This document shows, one piece after another, positions 27,054 through 40,451 of a DNA stretch of 64,000 bases. The position numbers were made by a program, and so were the translations under genes. The stretch is from Batkoa obscura (taxonomy: Eukaryota). Position 1 is the first letter of the stretch, and each line of letters begins with the position of its first letter. Location: positions 2,108,001 to 2,172,000 of the forward strand of contig JASVEC010000001.1 in NCBI GenBank assembly GCA_030770535.1, written 5' to 3'. The notes under the pieces are model-generated. The model had not been told where the DNA came from and did no database searches. It was given only the letters and a program-made list of their open reading frames with translations.

Positions 27054-28865
27054 ATGAGACTTAAACTCAATATTATCAATAAAAGTAAAGAACAAGAACC
27101 AATTGATTATAAAAAAATATTATACGTAGTACCTAAAGATCAATCTGAACATAAGATAAAGGATCTAATACAACAGGTAGTGAAAAAATATAACTTATCG
27201 AAAAAATTACCCAAATGGAAAGTATTATTTCAAGATTATGAGTTAGATAACGAGTTTATTGTAAATCAATGTTGTAATGATTTGGATGTTATAACGTAAG
27301 TTTTTTTAATTTAATTTTCAAGGAGTTAGGGTTTTAATAATGATTATTTACTAGATTAAAGTATTGTAAAGTTGTAAAAAAGAATGAAAAAGAAAAAGGA
27401 TTGTTAAAGCCAAGTAAGTGATAAGAAAAAGTGGTAATTGATTATTTAATTAACATGTAAATTTTAGAAATACAAGTAAAAGAGGGCTAATCGAAGAAGA
27501 GAAACAAACTGATAAGAAGAAAAAAGGTAAAGATTTAATTATATAAAAGAAAATTTAAATTTATATAATTTCAAATATTAGTAAATAAAAAAGAGAATAT
27601 CAAAAATATTGAAGAGGCTAATAAAAAGAGCGAAGGAGTCACCATTAAAGATACTCCAACAACTACCGAAAATGACACCAGAAAGTTAACAGCTACCCAA
27701 AAGAGAAACTTAAGAAGAAAAAAACAATTATTATATGCAGTTAAAAATGAATTAATGGAAGAAAATAAAGATGATAATTCAATTCAGGTCATAGATGAGA
27801 TTCTAAACTTAAATAATAGCCTTCACAAACAAGAAAAATTGAAACAAAATAGTGATAGGGATAATAAAACTAATTTTGTTACAAGTAAAAAAGATGTCAA
27901 GGCTAATGAAAATGGTAAACATAATACTATAAATCTAAAATCCTTCTCCTAATAGTATTAGGTACTGAAATAAATAGTGATAATTTAAATGATGTTAGTA
28001 TCAATTCGAAAGCTTTTTTTCATACTTTAAAAAATAAAGGGGATAACAAAAATAAGGAGAATGATAATATTAAAAAGATAATCAATTATAGAGTAACAAG
28101 AAAAGATGTTGAGGCTAATGAAAGTGGTAAGCAATTGTTTTAAAATTTATTTTTTGTTTATTAAGTTTATTAGGTATAGAAGTAAATAATGATAATTTAA
28201 ATGACATCAGTATCAACTCCGAAGCTTTTTTTCATACTTTAAAAAAGAAAGGAGATAATAAAGACTATAACGAAAGTATACTAGACCAAAGCTTTATTAG
28301 TGAAAATTATCAAAAACATGAAGAAAATCAGTTAAAGAAAGTAACCAAAATAAAGAACCAAAAGAAGCATATTAGAACTGAAGAGGATTACCAAAAAATG
28401 CAAATGCTCGATGTAAATATTATTTTACCAGATAGTAATCAAAAGATGGCTTTTAAAGTAAAGGATTTTATAATTTATAATTATAAACAGACTAATAATT
28501 TATATTTTGTTTTAGATTTATGAATTAACTAAAGATTATGGGATTGGTATATCAGATTTTAAAGTAAATTAAGAAACTGTGAAATTATCTGTTAAATTTA
28601 TGTATTTATATTATTTTAGGAAGCCGTTATCACCAACTACAATTCAAACACCGAAGAAATAAGCTATAAATTAATTAATCAACAAGAAGAAATTAATGAA
28701 GTAGATGAAGAAGGAAATCCAATTTTGGGTAAGTTTGAATTAAAAGAAAACCCAATGATTCAAAATGAAAATGGAGCTACAGTAGAATATATTACGGAAT
28801 CAGAGAAAGACACAATAACTACAGTGCCCTTTTCGAGTTTAATTGATGTCAGATTGTTGGAATAA
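27054..28865 (+). CDS. Coilin (p80 coilin-like), multi-exon
   Basis: N-terminal ubiquitin-like domain (MRLKL..IKDLIQQV..FQDYELD..NDLDVI), basic TQKRNLRRKK, C-terminal Tudor-like MAFKIYELTKDYGIGISDFKEA..GKFELK..NENGATVEY..LIDVRLLE*. Confidence 0.8.
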
Positions 28866-29306
28866 AAAATAGATTTGGTTTTTAACTCAAATATCACTGT
28901 GTATTTTTGAAATTTATTTTTAAACTATTGAACAATACTCTAGAGCTTCAATCTAACATAGATTAGTTTTATTATTGTTATTGTAATTTAACATTGCCTT
29001 TCAATTTTTTTAAAGCTAGTGACAAGTTTTTATTTGGTGAATTAAATCAAATAATATGTAAGGAAACTAAACCAAAGGATAGCAAAATTACGATTTTATT
29101 TAACTAAAAGAGCTTCGTCCATTACACTCTAAGGTATTTCAAAGCTCAAAAACTCTTTGAGGTTAAGACATACTCTTCGATCCAAATTGGGAAACCTAGT
29201 ATTAGGAATGGATAAGGGGTGAGTTTTAGTTGACATAAAGAGATAGAGGGAAAGTTCGGATGGGTTTTTCACGTGTTTGTAGTATTATTTGAACTTAGAC
29301 AATATT

Positions 29307-29402
29307 GGGGATGTATTTTTGTATTCAAGAATTTTACTAACAATTTTTCCGCTCAAATAGCACCTAAAAGATAGAAAAAATGAAGTCAAAAAAAACATCC
29401 CC
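29307..29402 (+). mobile_element. MITE family A copy
   Basis: Both TIRs intact; flanks TATT/ATTA (imperfect TSD). Confidence 0.88.
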
Positions 29403-29827
29403 ATTAGATATATTTAGTCAGTCGAGTCAAAAAGCCTAAAAAAGCTCTATGTCAGGCACTATTTAATAATAGATATTGCTGAGAAAGGACATAGGTATAA
29501 AAGGATTATATTTTTATATATTAGGTAAATTAGTGAAGAAGAGATATAATGCGGTAGTTTTAATTCAAATATTTAACAGTTTTAGCTAATAAGGTTTAAA
29601 ATAACAATGACAATAACTAAGCACAGTAAATTCCCATTAATATAAAAAAGCTACTCTGTATTACACATCACTAATTTTAAATAGGCTAAAAATACAGAAA
29701 TAAGATACAAGCAAAGAATCAAAATCATAATGAGTCAAAACTCTGATTTAATTTCATCTAATTTAATTGAGCGTTTTTTATAGTCCATCATAATAATCTA
29801 TAGTATGAATCTAGTCAATAGGCGCAA

Positions 29828-31116
29828 CTAACAATAAAGGGCTAGTAAACATATAAGTAACTTTTCATATCTTATTTTCAAATATATCAAGGTGTTTTGC
29901 CTTGATTGTTTCAAGTTTTGGAAATAAAGATAACAATTTCTCAAAGGACAAAAACTATACATGTTAGTTTGTTTGACAGAGCTGCATTTGACTAACTCGC
30001 ACTTTTCTTCGTAACTACCCTCCTTAATATAAAATAAGTCATCGACTATTTTTATAATATTATCATCTATAAAAAAACAACCTGAGCACTTGATATAAAA
30101 GAAATTACCATCAATGATTCTGTTGAAAATTGATCGAAGTGGGTTTCTTTCAATCCTTACAATTTTGCAAATCAAAAGAGGTGAGATGTTTTGTATGAAA
30201 ATGCCCTAAAGAAGTACTGTTGGTATATTTTAATGATTTTATGATATTTTATACACTTTTGCTTTCAAAAATAGTATAATCAAGATACAATGATCCAATA
30301 CTTTTTAATTGTTTAAAGTCGCTTAAACAATTAAACTGGAATTCAATATCCCCCTTGATTTTTATCTCTAGGCTAGAATCAAAGTTTATGTTAGGATCAA
30401 CTTCACTATTAGTAAAAATAAACGAGTCCAACTTTAAGTTTAATGCCTTTAAGTGTAACACCTTCAAGTTACCAAACTCTGTTTTAATGACATCCAACCC
30501 ACTAAGATTTAGATGATGTTTAACATAAAATGTAAGAGACCTTATCTTGTTTAAGTTTAGACAAATCATCTTATCTTTAATGGTTAAAACAAAATTAATA
30601 ATTTCAAGTGCTTCAAGTTGATTCAAATATCCATCAAATAGCCCAAGTGTTAGTGTGTCTTGTAAAGAACGCACTATTAATTTTTTCTAGCTTAGGTAAT
30701 TTAATGCTTATTTCGAATTTACTATTTCTATCACTATTGATATTAAGACTGTTGTTATTATTGTTATTGTCATCACTGTCATCAATATTTCTATCATCGT
30801 AATCACAACGATATAAACTTATATAGTTTATGAATCTCGTGTCTGAGCAATATTCTAGATATTCAATGACATTGTCATTTATGTTAATACGCTTCGTTGA
30901 CGATCCACTATTTACAATAAACTCTTTTCGATAATTGTATAATTTGTGTCATTTTTGAAGCTGTCTAAACTGGAGAAATTAAACTAAATCCAATAACACT
31001 TTTCGTAACCCTTAACATTTATTCAACAAACCCAAATTAAACAACTCCACTGGATGTAGTAATTCGAATATATTTTATAGTAAGTCATCTGGTAATCGAT
31101 TAAGCTTTAATCCCAT
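29828..31116 (-). pseudogene. F-box (+ LRR-like) protein pseudogene
   Basis: MGLKLNRLPDDLL*NIFELLHPVELFNLGLLNKC* is an F-box motif with stops; fragmented Leu-rich frames 30249-30674 and 29828-30175 follow. Confidence 0.65.
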
Positions 31117-31795
31117 TGTAAATAAAAATCAGCAAAAGGAATGAAACAATTAATTCACTTTCCTTATAGCTTTTGATTTTTAATTGTAAATTTACAACTC
31201 ATTATTATTGGTTGAATGAATCAAAGTATCTGTCAAAAATGAGTTCAAATAACATGCAGAATGGTAATTGATACTTTGAAAACTATCAATGTTATTGTAA
31301 GTTTATTCGAATTTAGGATACTTAACTTTAATAGCAAGGTTATTAATAATTAAACTCAAAACTCAAGTAACACAATTGAAAATTAAAAATAATCTGATAA
31401 AATTTTATTTACCTTTCAAATTATTAAAATTAAAGTTTTTCATATCATAAGCAATGTTAATAAAGTAACTACTAATTAATTATGTAAAAGTGCAATTGCT
31501 TCTTCCCCTTTATCATCCAAGATTATGTAGTATGATAGTCATCATAAGTAAATGAATGTTTTATGGTGTTTAGCTTCTATTTGAGATATCTAAGGTTAGC
31601 ATTTATAATATAAATTTAGCTTTCAAAAATGATTTTGTCATTACTGTTGTTTGAGATAATACTATAATACTATAATACTATAATACTACTAACATTTGAA
31701 TCAAAAGTATGAGATTACTGAAGCTAATAATAAACAAAACCGATTGTTATTTAGATGATCCGGTAATAAATAATATTGAAATCAATTGTATCAAA

Positions 31796-34700
31796 TTACT
31801 TCCTTGGCTCAGATTTTTTAGAGCTGTTTGAATTGGTCTTTGACCGTGCTAATAATCGTTGAGGTTGTCTATTGACATTCGTTTGACGATTAAATGTAGT
31901 TGAGCGAATTGGACCTCCAGTAGCTCCAGTAGCTCCAGTAGCTCGAACTGGTTGAATTGGTTGAACTAGCTTTGATCCATTTTTAAAATTTGAATCTTTA
32001 CGAATAATACTCTTTTTTTCACTCAATTTTTCTCCACCTGATTGAACAGTAGTAACACTTGATTCGGATTTTTCTTCTTTAACTTGAGGAATTTCATTGA
32101 TATCAGTTACTACATAATCCTGAGGATTAATTAAAGGCCACTCTTTTGGATATTCTTCAGTATTAATGTTGAATTGATCTGGATTACTAGTTTCGATCTA
32201 AAATAATAAAAATGATTTAAAAAACCGTTATCAAATACTATAATTTAAAATTACCATAAACTGCTCATTCACAAAAGCAGTTGTAAGATTGAGATTCGTG
32301 TTATTAAGCTCACTGAGTTTTATGATTTCTGGAAGTACAGATTCATCGACATGTGTCTTGGCAAGTCCAACTAGGTTGTCTTTACTCTTGTTTACTGAGT
32401 CATTGAGATGTGACATTGAAGTAACATGATTAGATTGTAGATTTTTTAAAGTTGAAGTCATTATTTCTAAATGTTTTTCTAATGTCTTATTTCCATTATC
32501 AATATGGGAATGACAAGTGTTTATTTCATCATTGTATTGATTTTTGTTGCTGGTTGTTACTTGTTTCATTTCTTCATGAGATTTGTTAATGATATTTTTG
32601 TTGTTATTAGTCAAATTAGTAATGTTATTTGAGTATTCTAATGAGACTATGCGATATTTATCAAGAGTCATGGAAGTATCTTCTAAAAATAAACCCTGCT
32701 TTTTGTTCTCTTTTTGATAATTATTATTGGAGTTTTCTAATGATTGAGTAAACTTTGTATAAACATTTTCCTCATATGCCTCTCTTGAGTGTAACATACT
32801 TAAATGCTTATCCATAGCATTAGAAAGATTACTATGATGATAGGAAGAGTATTCTTTGAGAGCATTTTCCATAGTAGAAATTACTTTGGCTCTTTGTAAA
32901 GCTTCCGACTCTTTAACATCTTTCAATAGCTTCTCAGACCATTCATATTGAGCTCTTAATTTTTGTACTTCGATTTCACGTTCCTTTTTCAATTCCTCCA
33001 TTTGATTATCATACTCCTCGGTTTTTTTTTGAAATGATAAACTATATTCCTGCTTCATATCATTAACTTTAACATTAAATTCATTTCCTAAAGCTTCGAT
33101 TTGATGACTAAAGTCACTATTATTTTGATCAATTGTAATTGAAAATTGATCTAAAGTATCACAAGTAAATAAAGTCTGTTTTTCAATTAGACCGGTAAGT
33201 TCATGGAAACAAGTTGCAAGGCTTCGAACTGATGATTTGATAAACCCAAGATTATCTTCAAGTTTATCTTTATTAGTCGATGTTAAAGCATTGAGTTGCT
33301 CAAAACAATTCTTAATATTACTAGTAATATCTGTTGATTTTATTGTAAGTGAGTTCATTAATGCCTCTGATACACTATTAATTCCATTTTTAAATTCAAG
33401 GTTAGATTTAGATAATTGTTGTAACCTTGAATTTGATTCCTCAAATTTAAAAGAAGTGTTAGATAATAACTCATTGGCAAATTTCATATTAGTTTCAGCA
33501 GCCCTATACTTATCGCTAACAACTTTAAATAAATCTTCCAATTGTTTACTTTTCATAATAGTAGTATCTAGTAAATCTCTAGCTACTTTATCTAATTGGG
33601 CTTCACTCGATAGATAAGCATCATTTTGTCTCTTTAAAGTTTCAATCTTCAATAAAGCTTCTTCAAGTTTCTTATTGCTGGTTTCTAAATGAATCTTGGT
33701 TGTTTCAAGTTCATTGGTTTTCTCATTAAGTTCATTATCCTTCAAAATCAACTCTTTTTTATTCTCTTCAAACTTGTTACTAAGATCTGAATTTATTTGT
33801 TGTAATTCATTAATTTCCGAGTTCAATCTCTTAGTTTCAAATTCCAATTCTTTAGATCCATTGGTTAATTTTTCATAAACATCATTAGCTAAATATGCCC
33901 CATCTTTATCGCGTTGTGCCTTTAAGCTAGCTGCCATTTTTTGATATTCTGTTTTATATTCTAAATAAAGAGCAGCTTCTCCAAGAGAAATGTTAGCTCT
34001 AGGTCTGTTTTTGATAGACATTGCTTGTGAAGCATATTTAATTGTATTGATACTTTCTTTTAAATCGTTCTCAAGTAAAGAAACAGTTGCTATCATGCGT
34101 GTTTTTGTGCCACCACCTAATGAATCTTCAAGGATACGTGTTAATTTGGAATTTCTAAATGTTAAGCCTCCAGTTGAATTAGGGTTCAATTTAGAAGAAC
34201 TTCTATCAGAAAGATCTTTTATAATTTGACCTAAAGTAAGTAAAGAACGATTGATTTTACCAGCTTCAGCTGCTTGAGCTTTTTCAGCACCTGACCTTGA
34301 AATATCTTCGGATCCAGCAAGATCTACAAGATGTAATTTGCCTGTCGTGAAATACTTTTCATCGCCATTTTTTGAATTGATTTTAATTTTAAGAGTATAT
34401 ATACAATGAGAACGACTTGAGCTCTTATTAAGCTTTGTTGAGGCAGTATGACGCATAGCTGCTCCTTTTTCTAATAAAGCAACACCTTCAGATGGGTTAG
34501 TAATTACTGTTTCTGCTAATCCTTTAATAACAAGATCCTTTTCAAGTCCTTTAATAAGAATAAGTTTAGATAATTCAGTACCTGGTTCGTTTGCACCAAG
34601 AAGGTCATAAACCTCCTCATTATAAATTTCAATCATAGAAACCTTTATCAATGACATGTTTTCTTTGTCTGATTCAAGTTTCTCAAATATTTCATATAAA

Positions 34701-35179
34701 GTTCTTGGTATAATACCTGAATTACCTGAGGGCATAAACTGTACTTCGTCTAATTTTCCTTCCATGGTATGAGTCTTTCCTGTACCAGTTTGTCCATAAG
34801 CAAAAAGGGTACAACTATATCCTGATAATACTTCATCGATCATTGGTGAAACTATTTCATCATAAACTGCTTTTTGTGAGGCTGCAGGACCAAATACTCG
34901 ATTAAAAGAATAAGGTCTAGTCACATAACGCTCAGAAGTTCCTTCTTTATAACTAACTTCATTATTTTCTTCAGAAGCTTCAATGCCTATTTTTTTACCA
35001 ACTAAAACGCTTTCTGGACCACGACAACGAATGTAAACTTGGATAGGACAATCAATTGGTGTATCTTTTTCTGGTTCATTTTTACGTTTTTTAAGGGCAG
35101 GTGGAGGTATACTTGAATCTAAGGACTTAACTTTATTTTCTAATTTTCTATTAAAACTATTGGTTTGTGGAATGGACAT
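31796..35179 (-). CDS. Kinesin-5 (BimC/Cin8/Kip1/Eg5 family); exons 35179-32255, 32197-31796
   Basis: IQVYIRCRG, GYSCTLFAYGQTGTGKTHTMEG, SSRSH, LVDLAGSE, SLGGGTKT, IKNRP neck, RDKDGAYL, long coiled-coil stalk. Confidence 0.9.
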
Positions 35180-35609
35180 TTTGAGACAAAGTTTATAAAT
35201 AATTAATCTTTAAAAGATTCAAACATAGAACAAAATCTTATTGAAAATGTAAAAAATAATTGTTTGCCTATCTCTTTAATTGGCCAAAAGTTAAATTGGG
35301 CTACAAATCATTGAGGTTGTAAATTTATGGGAACAAAACTTAATTCTATAATTTACCCAATGCTACTCTAATTTTTCTTTGTTTTCTAATTGGTTACGTA
35401 TCCCTTCCGAAATCTATCCCTTGCTTAAATATGCTATGCTTTATTAAAAAAACATAATCATACCAATAAATGCATCCATTATTATGTCTTTGTTTAATTC
35501 ACAGGAAAAATTGGTGATATATCTAAAGAAGAAATTAAAGGATCTATATATTCATACTAATTTTGTAGATTCTCATGGTTATAATAGTTTAGATGACTAT
35601 GTGAGATTT

Positions 35610-35704
35610 GGAGATGTTTTTTTTTGATTTCATCACTTTTTTATTTTTTAAGCATTATTCGAGTGGAAGATTGTTAGTAAAGTTAAATAAAAAAATAAAT
35701 CCCG
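35610..35704 (-). mobile_element. MITE family A copy (diverged)
   Basis: Matches consensus. Confidence 0.75.
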
Positions 35705-35982
35705 GCTTGTTGATAATGCTAATTAGTATATATACAACGATGACCAATTAATTGATGATGCTAATAAATACTTATATGCAAATTGTAATTGTACCATATT
35801 TGAAGTTAATAAAGAGCTATTTGATTGAGATAAACTAGATGTAATGTATGCGAAGAATACAGATTTTAACCTAAATAGAAAGACACTTGGGATACTACTG
35901 GGCCAATAAATACTTTATAAAATTAATTAGAATTTCGATAATTTAAAAAGAGATGATTAAACAAAGCAATATAATAGTATAA

Positions 35983-36078
35983 GGGGATGTTTTTCTGGTT
36001 TCACTACTTTTTCCATTTTTAAGCGCTATTTGGCCAGAAAGGCTATTAATAAAATTCCTAAACAAAAAATATATCCCC
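35983..36078 (-). mobile_element. MITE family A copy
   Basis: Both TIRs; TSD ATAA on both sides. Confidence 0.9.
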
Positions 36079-36557
36079 ATAAGTCCAATACTTTTTTAGT
36101 TTCTGTATTACATAATCAGTTTTTTATTGTATTTGATAATCCCCGAAATAATATTCTCAAAAGTTGAAAAGATAGTTACATAACTTTATGATAAAAGACT
36201 TCTTAAAAGTAATATGATTTTTTTATTAAAAAAAGTAGCTTAATTAAAACCAGTAAAAACACTGTTAACTTTATTTGAAAATATAGACTTAAAATTAGTG
36301 TCAAGGACCTTGTCTATCTTTCAGCTTAAATTAAATTTCAGATCATAAATACATAAATAAACCAATGCTAGATTTCATTTTATATAGTTAAAAATAAAAA
36401 TAAAGATGTAATAACAATCGATAAGCCTTGAGTTGAACTTAATGACTATAATAGCTTTGTTAATAATATTATATAAAGAATAATGATAAAGTACTGAAAA
36501 ATTAATAATAAGTATTTTGAAAGAAAAAAAATCCCACTAATTAAAATTCCTTTTAAT

Positions 36558-36651
36558 GGGGATGTATTTTTTTACTCAACAATTTTACTAATCTTTGCGC
36601 TCAAATAAGTCTTAAAAATAGAAAAAGTAACGAAGCCAAAAAAATATCCCC
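36558..36651 (+). mobile_element. MITE family A copy
   Basis: Both TIRs. Confidence 0.85.
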
Positions 36652-37359
36652 ATATATTAAGGCTATTTGTTAAAAAATATTTACCTATTTTATATCCTAA
36701 CAAATTGTTTAAAGTCTTTATCTATTATAATAACACGCTATTTATCATACTTGTAAAAAGGTATAAAAAAGTGTAAAAATATACTTTAGATATTAAAAGA
36801 AAATATAACATTCCTATATTTCTAAAGGTGGGGGTAGGTATCCTTATAAAATCCCAAGATTTAGTACTTGTTTTTTTTGCTTTTAATTTTATAGGTGTGA
36901 AATCTGATACTCAGTGTTTAGAGTCAAGAATAGCTATTGCTGGGTTGACTACACTATAAGTCGAAAGGTCTTAGTTTATGTGACTAAGATAGACTTGGAT
37001 TATGAGGAATAGCACATAATAGGTTACAAGCTATATAAGACAAATAAAATAGACAATACTAATGTAAATCTATGTAAAATACTATTAAGAAAACTTAGTG
37101 GCTTTGTTAAATGTTTGAGATATTAGGGAATAATTCAGTTAAAAAGCCTCGAACTATTATACTCTGTAAACTCTTTTATACTCTGAAAAGTATAAATATC
37201 AAAATGAGAAGATAGTATTCTTTGAGATGGAGCTAGAAGTTCTCATAGCAAATCAAAATAAGAACGTGGGATTGATTGTCTCTGAACTCAAGAACACAAC
37301 AGCTTAGGCGATTGTTATGCTATAATTAACCATGGGACTGACAAAGCGATGTTTCACAT

Positions 37360-37458
37360 AGGGATGTATTTTTTTATTTGTGAACTTTACTAGCAATCTT
37401 TTCCACTCAAATAATGCTTGAAAAATTGAAAAAGTGATAAAACCAAAAAAACACCCAC
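37360..37458 (+). mobile_element. MITE family A copy
   Basis: Matches consensus; flanks ACAT/ATAT. Confidence 0.8.
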
Positions 37459-37701
37459 ATATACTTACTCTTTTGTTTGCAATATTATTTAGTTTTAAAC
37501 TTCAAAGACATTAATTTATACAATATGATAATAACAAAATAAAACAAACATTACAATGATAAATTTTAATTATTAAAATAACTTTGTATTATATATATAT
37601 TTTTCAAATAAGCAAATTGTATAAGCTATAAACAGGTGATTTAAAAATACCTTCAAAGTAACAATACCACTTTAAAAGACTGTAGGAAAAACATAAGTAA
37701 A

Positions 37702-37800
37702 GGTATTTGTTTTTTTGACTTGATTGCTTTTTCCATTTTTTAAGCATTATTTAAGTGGAAAATTTGTTAGTAAAATCTTTAAACACACAAATACATCCCC
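37702..37800 (-). mobile_element. MITE family A copy (left arm of inverted pair)
   Basis: Matches consensus. Confidence 0.85.
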
Positions 37801-37850
37801 ATATAGTAAAATTTTTCAAGATAGATCAATAAAAGGCCTGAATATTATAT

Positions 37851-37947
37851 GGGGATGTATTTGTGTGTTTAAAGATTTTACTAACAAATTTTCCACTTAA
37901 ATAACGCTTAAAAAGTGAAAAAATAATGAAGTTAAAAAAAACAATCC
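37851..37947 (+). mobile_element. MITE family A copy (right arm of inverted pair)
   Basis: Matches consensus; 50 bp from the left arm. Confidence 0.85.
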
Positions 37948-38267
37948 ATGTTGTCTTTTGAAATTAGTAATCTCACTGTAATGAGTTCATATTTAAATAT
38001 AATTTATAATGTCAAACCTAACTTCCAATGAAAAATTTATTTAATTGTTATATGAGATTTAAAAACTATTGTGTTTAATATCATTAATCAATAAATGTTT
38101 TTGTTTTATTTAATATTTGAATATGATATTAAAAACAAACAGTCAATTAAAGTACTAAGTAAAAATACTAGGCAATCAATAAAAAGTATAGGTATTTTGC
38201 TAAAAATAAAACTCAAAATACTCCCACTCTGAACTTTATTTAACTACTTTATTAAATAAGAATTTAT

Positions 38268-38534
38268 TTAACCATAACGCACTTTAGTAACAATATTTTC
38301 ATGGTCAATATGGACATTAAGTCTATCTTCAACAAAGTCCATAGTGCTCATACTATCTGGTTTCAAAACTCGATGTTTATCTGGTAAATCTTGTTTGGTA
38401 ACCTAAAGGAAAGTCAGTACAAACAAAACTCAGTCTATATGAAAACATACCTGGTTACTACCACTACTTACACTTTCTCCTTCATTAAATTTTCTACCAA
38501 CTAATTTAGCTTCCCAATGTTCAATGTTTTGCAT
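38268..38534 (-). CDS. Peptidase inhibitor I78 family protein (~72 aa); exons 38534-38451, 38402-38268
   Basis: MQNIEHWEAKLVGRKF...KQDLPDKHRVLKPDSMSTMDFVEDRLNVHIDHENIVTKVRYG*; absent from the ORF track. Confidence 0.8.
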
Positions 38535-39003
38535 TTTTTGAATATTTCTTGTTATAACTCTTTAAATCGTAGTTTAAGTTCTATTCTATTCTATAAATAT
38601 AAAAATTATGTTTACTTTAAATAACCTAGTTTATTATTAATTTGTTTAAAAAGATAACTCATTTTTATTTTTATTTCCTATCTTAAGCATTTTTTATATT
38701 AAGACGTCATTAGTTGATCATTAAAATTTAGTGCTGTTGCTATTTTGAGAATTTTTAAATTTTAAATTTAAATATTGCAAAATGAAACTATAAAAACAAT
38801 ATTGAGATTTATTAAAAACAAAAAAATATCTAAGAATAAGCTTCGAATTATATACAATAAGTTGCCGGTTATTCCAACAATGATTAGTAGATATAAGAAC
38901 ATTTATAACACATAAGAGCCTATATTTTAATATTTATAAAAAAATATGGTCTTATAGAAGATTTTTCCTCTTATTTCAATTACTTAATCTTATTATATAA
39001 ACG

Positions 39004-39398
39004 ATGGCGGATCCTATATCGACTATTATACAACATTTTGCATTAATTGTTGTAACCCTGTATGTTTATAACTCCACGTTTGATCTCGTTAGTGTGAATA
39101 TATAATTGTTACCACCAATAGCAACCACATACACAATAGAATAGTAGATAATTATTTAAAACCAAAACCAAAAATCGTAGTAGCACAAAACGAGAGCACA
39201 TTGAGTTTCAGGCGTATAGTTCTATATATCGCAGTATTTGATGCTTATGAATTCATTTCAAAAAAACTGGATTATAAAAATCTTATTACTTCACTTCTAT
39301 TAGCTATATATACAGCTCAGACTTTGGATTATCATTTGTTTCAAATGACAAAAAAGTATCCCTCCTTATCTTTCAAAATGGTTATGATATTGAAGTAA
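39004..39398 (+). pseudogene. Pseudogene paralogue of 41308-41685 membrane protein
   Basis: MADPISTIIQHF.. and VLYIAVFDAYEFISKK..LLLAIYTAQTLD..TKKYP align to the intact copy; internal stops and a frameshift. Confidence 0.75.
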
Positions 39399-40451
39399 TA
39401 TTGCTTTTTTTAATAAAGTTAATGATTTAACCAAATCTAAAACTATATACATATTCTATTGAGAACATTATCATTTAGTCGTTTTTTTAACCTTGAAAGG
39501 TAAAAACTCAAATACTATTTCATAATAATTAAGTTTTTAATGGCTTTAATTCTAATGATCAAGTCCTCAATATAAGTTTGCTGCTGTTTTCTAATATTTG
39601 TTGTAAGTAAATACTAAACTGGTTTACAAGGTTTATTCATTTTTTATATACAGCAGTGGAAGCTTCTTTGACTTAAAAAAGCAATAAAGTGGCTAGAAAG
39701 ATAGATTATGTAAACTCGGAGATAAAATCAAAAATTATTATTAGAATGAAATAGGATTTGATACATAAATTTATTAAAAGCTAAAAATTTACACAAGAGC
39801 AGGTGTAATTATAGAGCTAACTTAGATTCGGATATGCAGTGTCTAGTGATAGTTTCCAATGAATATTTTATTGAGAACTTCGAAACACAAGTTGTTTTTA
39901 GCTTTTGGGGACAGTTAAAAAAATTAAAATAAAAAAATAGATAAACAAAATAGCCTGTGCAAATTAAGCTGGATTTATCAATAGAGGACTCTCAAAATCA
40001 GAAGCTGATTTCAAATTGCATTATATTTTGAAACCAATTTCTGTTTTGATGAGTTTCTTAATAAAATTTTAAAGTATTTGGTATTAAAACAATTATATGC
40101 AAAAAAAGCACTTTTTTTCAAAATTCGAAAATATACAGCTTATATAATGGATAGAAAAAACTATCATTGTTTTATTTTTATCTCAAGCACTCTATTTCAA
40201 TAAACTTTTATGTTTAAATTTTTAAATTTATTATCAGTTTCTTACTAGAATTTGTATAATTAAAATATGGTTTTTTACAAAGCTTAGTGCAAATTATATT
40301 TTTTACATATTATACAACTAGAATTAAAAACTTTTAGTGCATTCATTTTCTATTTTAGTAACTATACTTGAAAAATAGTTAGTAGGTTATTTAGAGATAT
40401 TAAATCATAAAAACCAGCTTTTTTCTAGTCGCTCCGTTTGATTATAATGAT

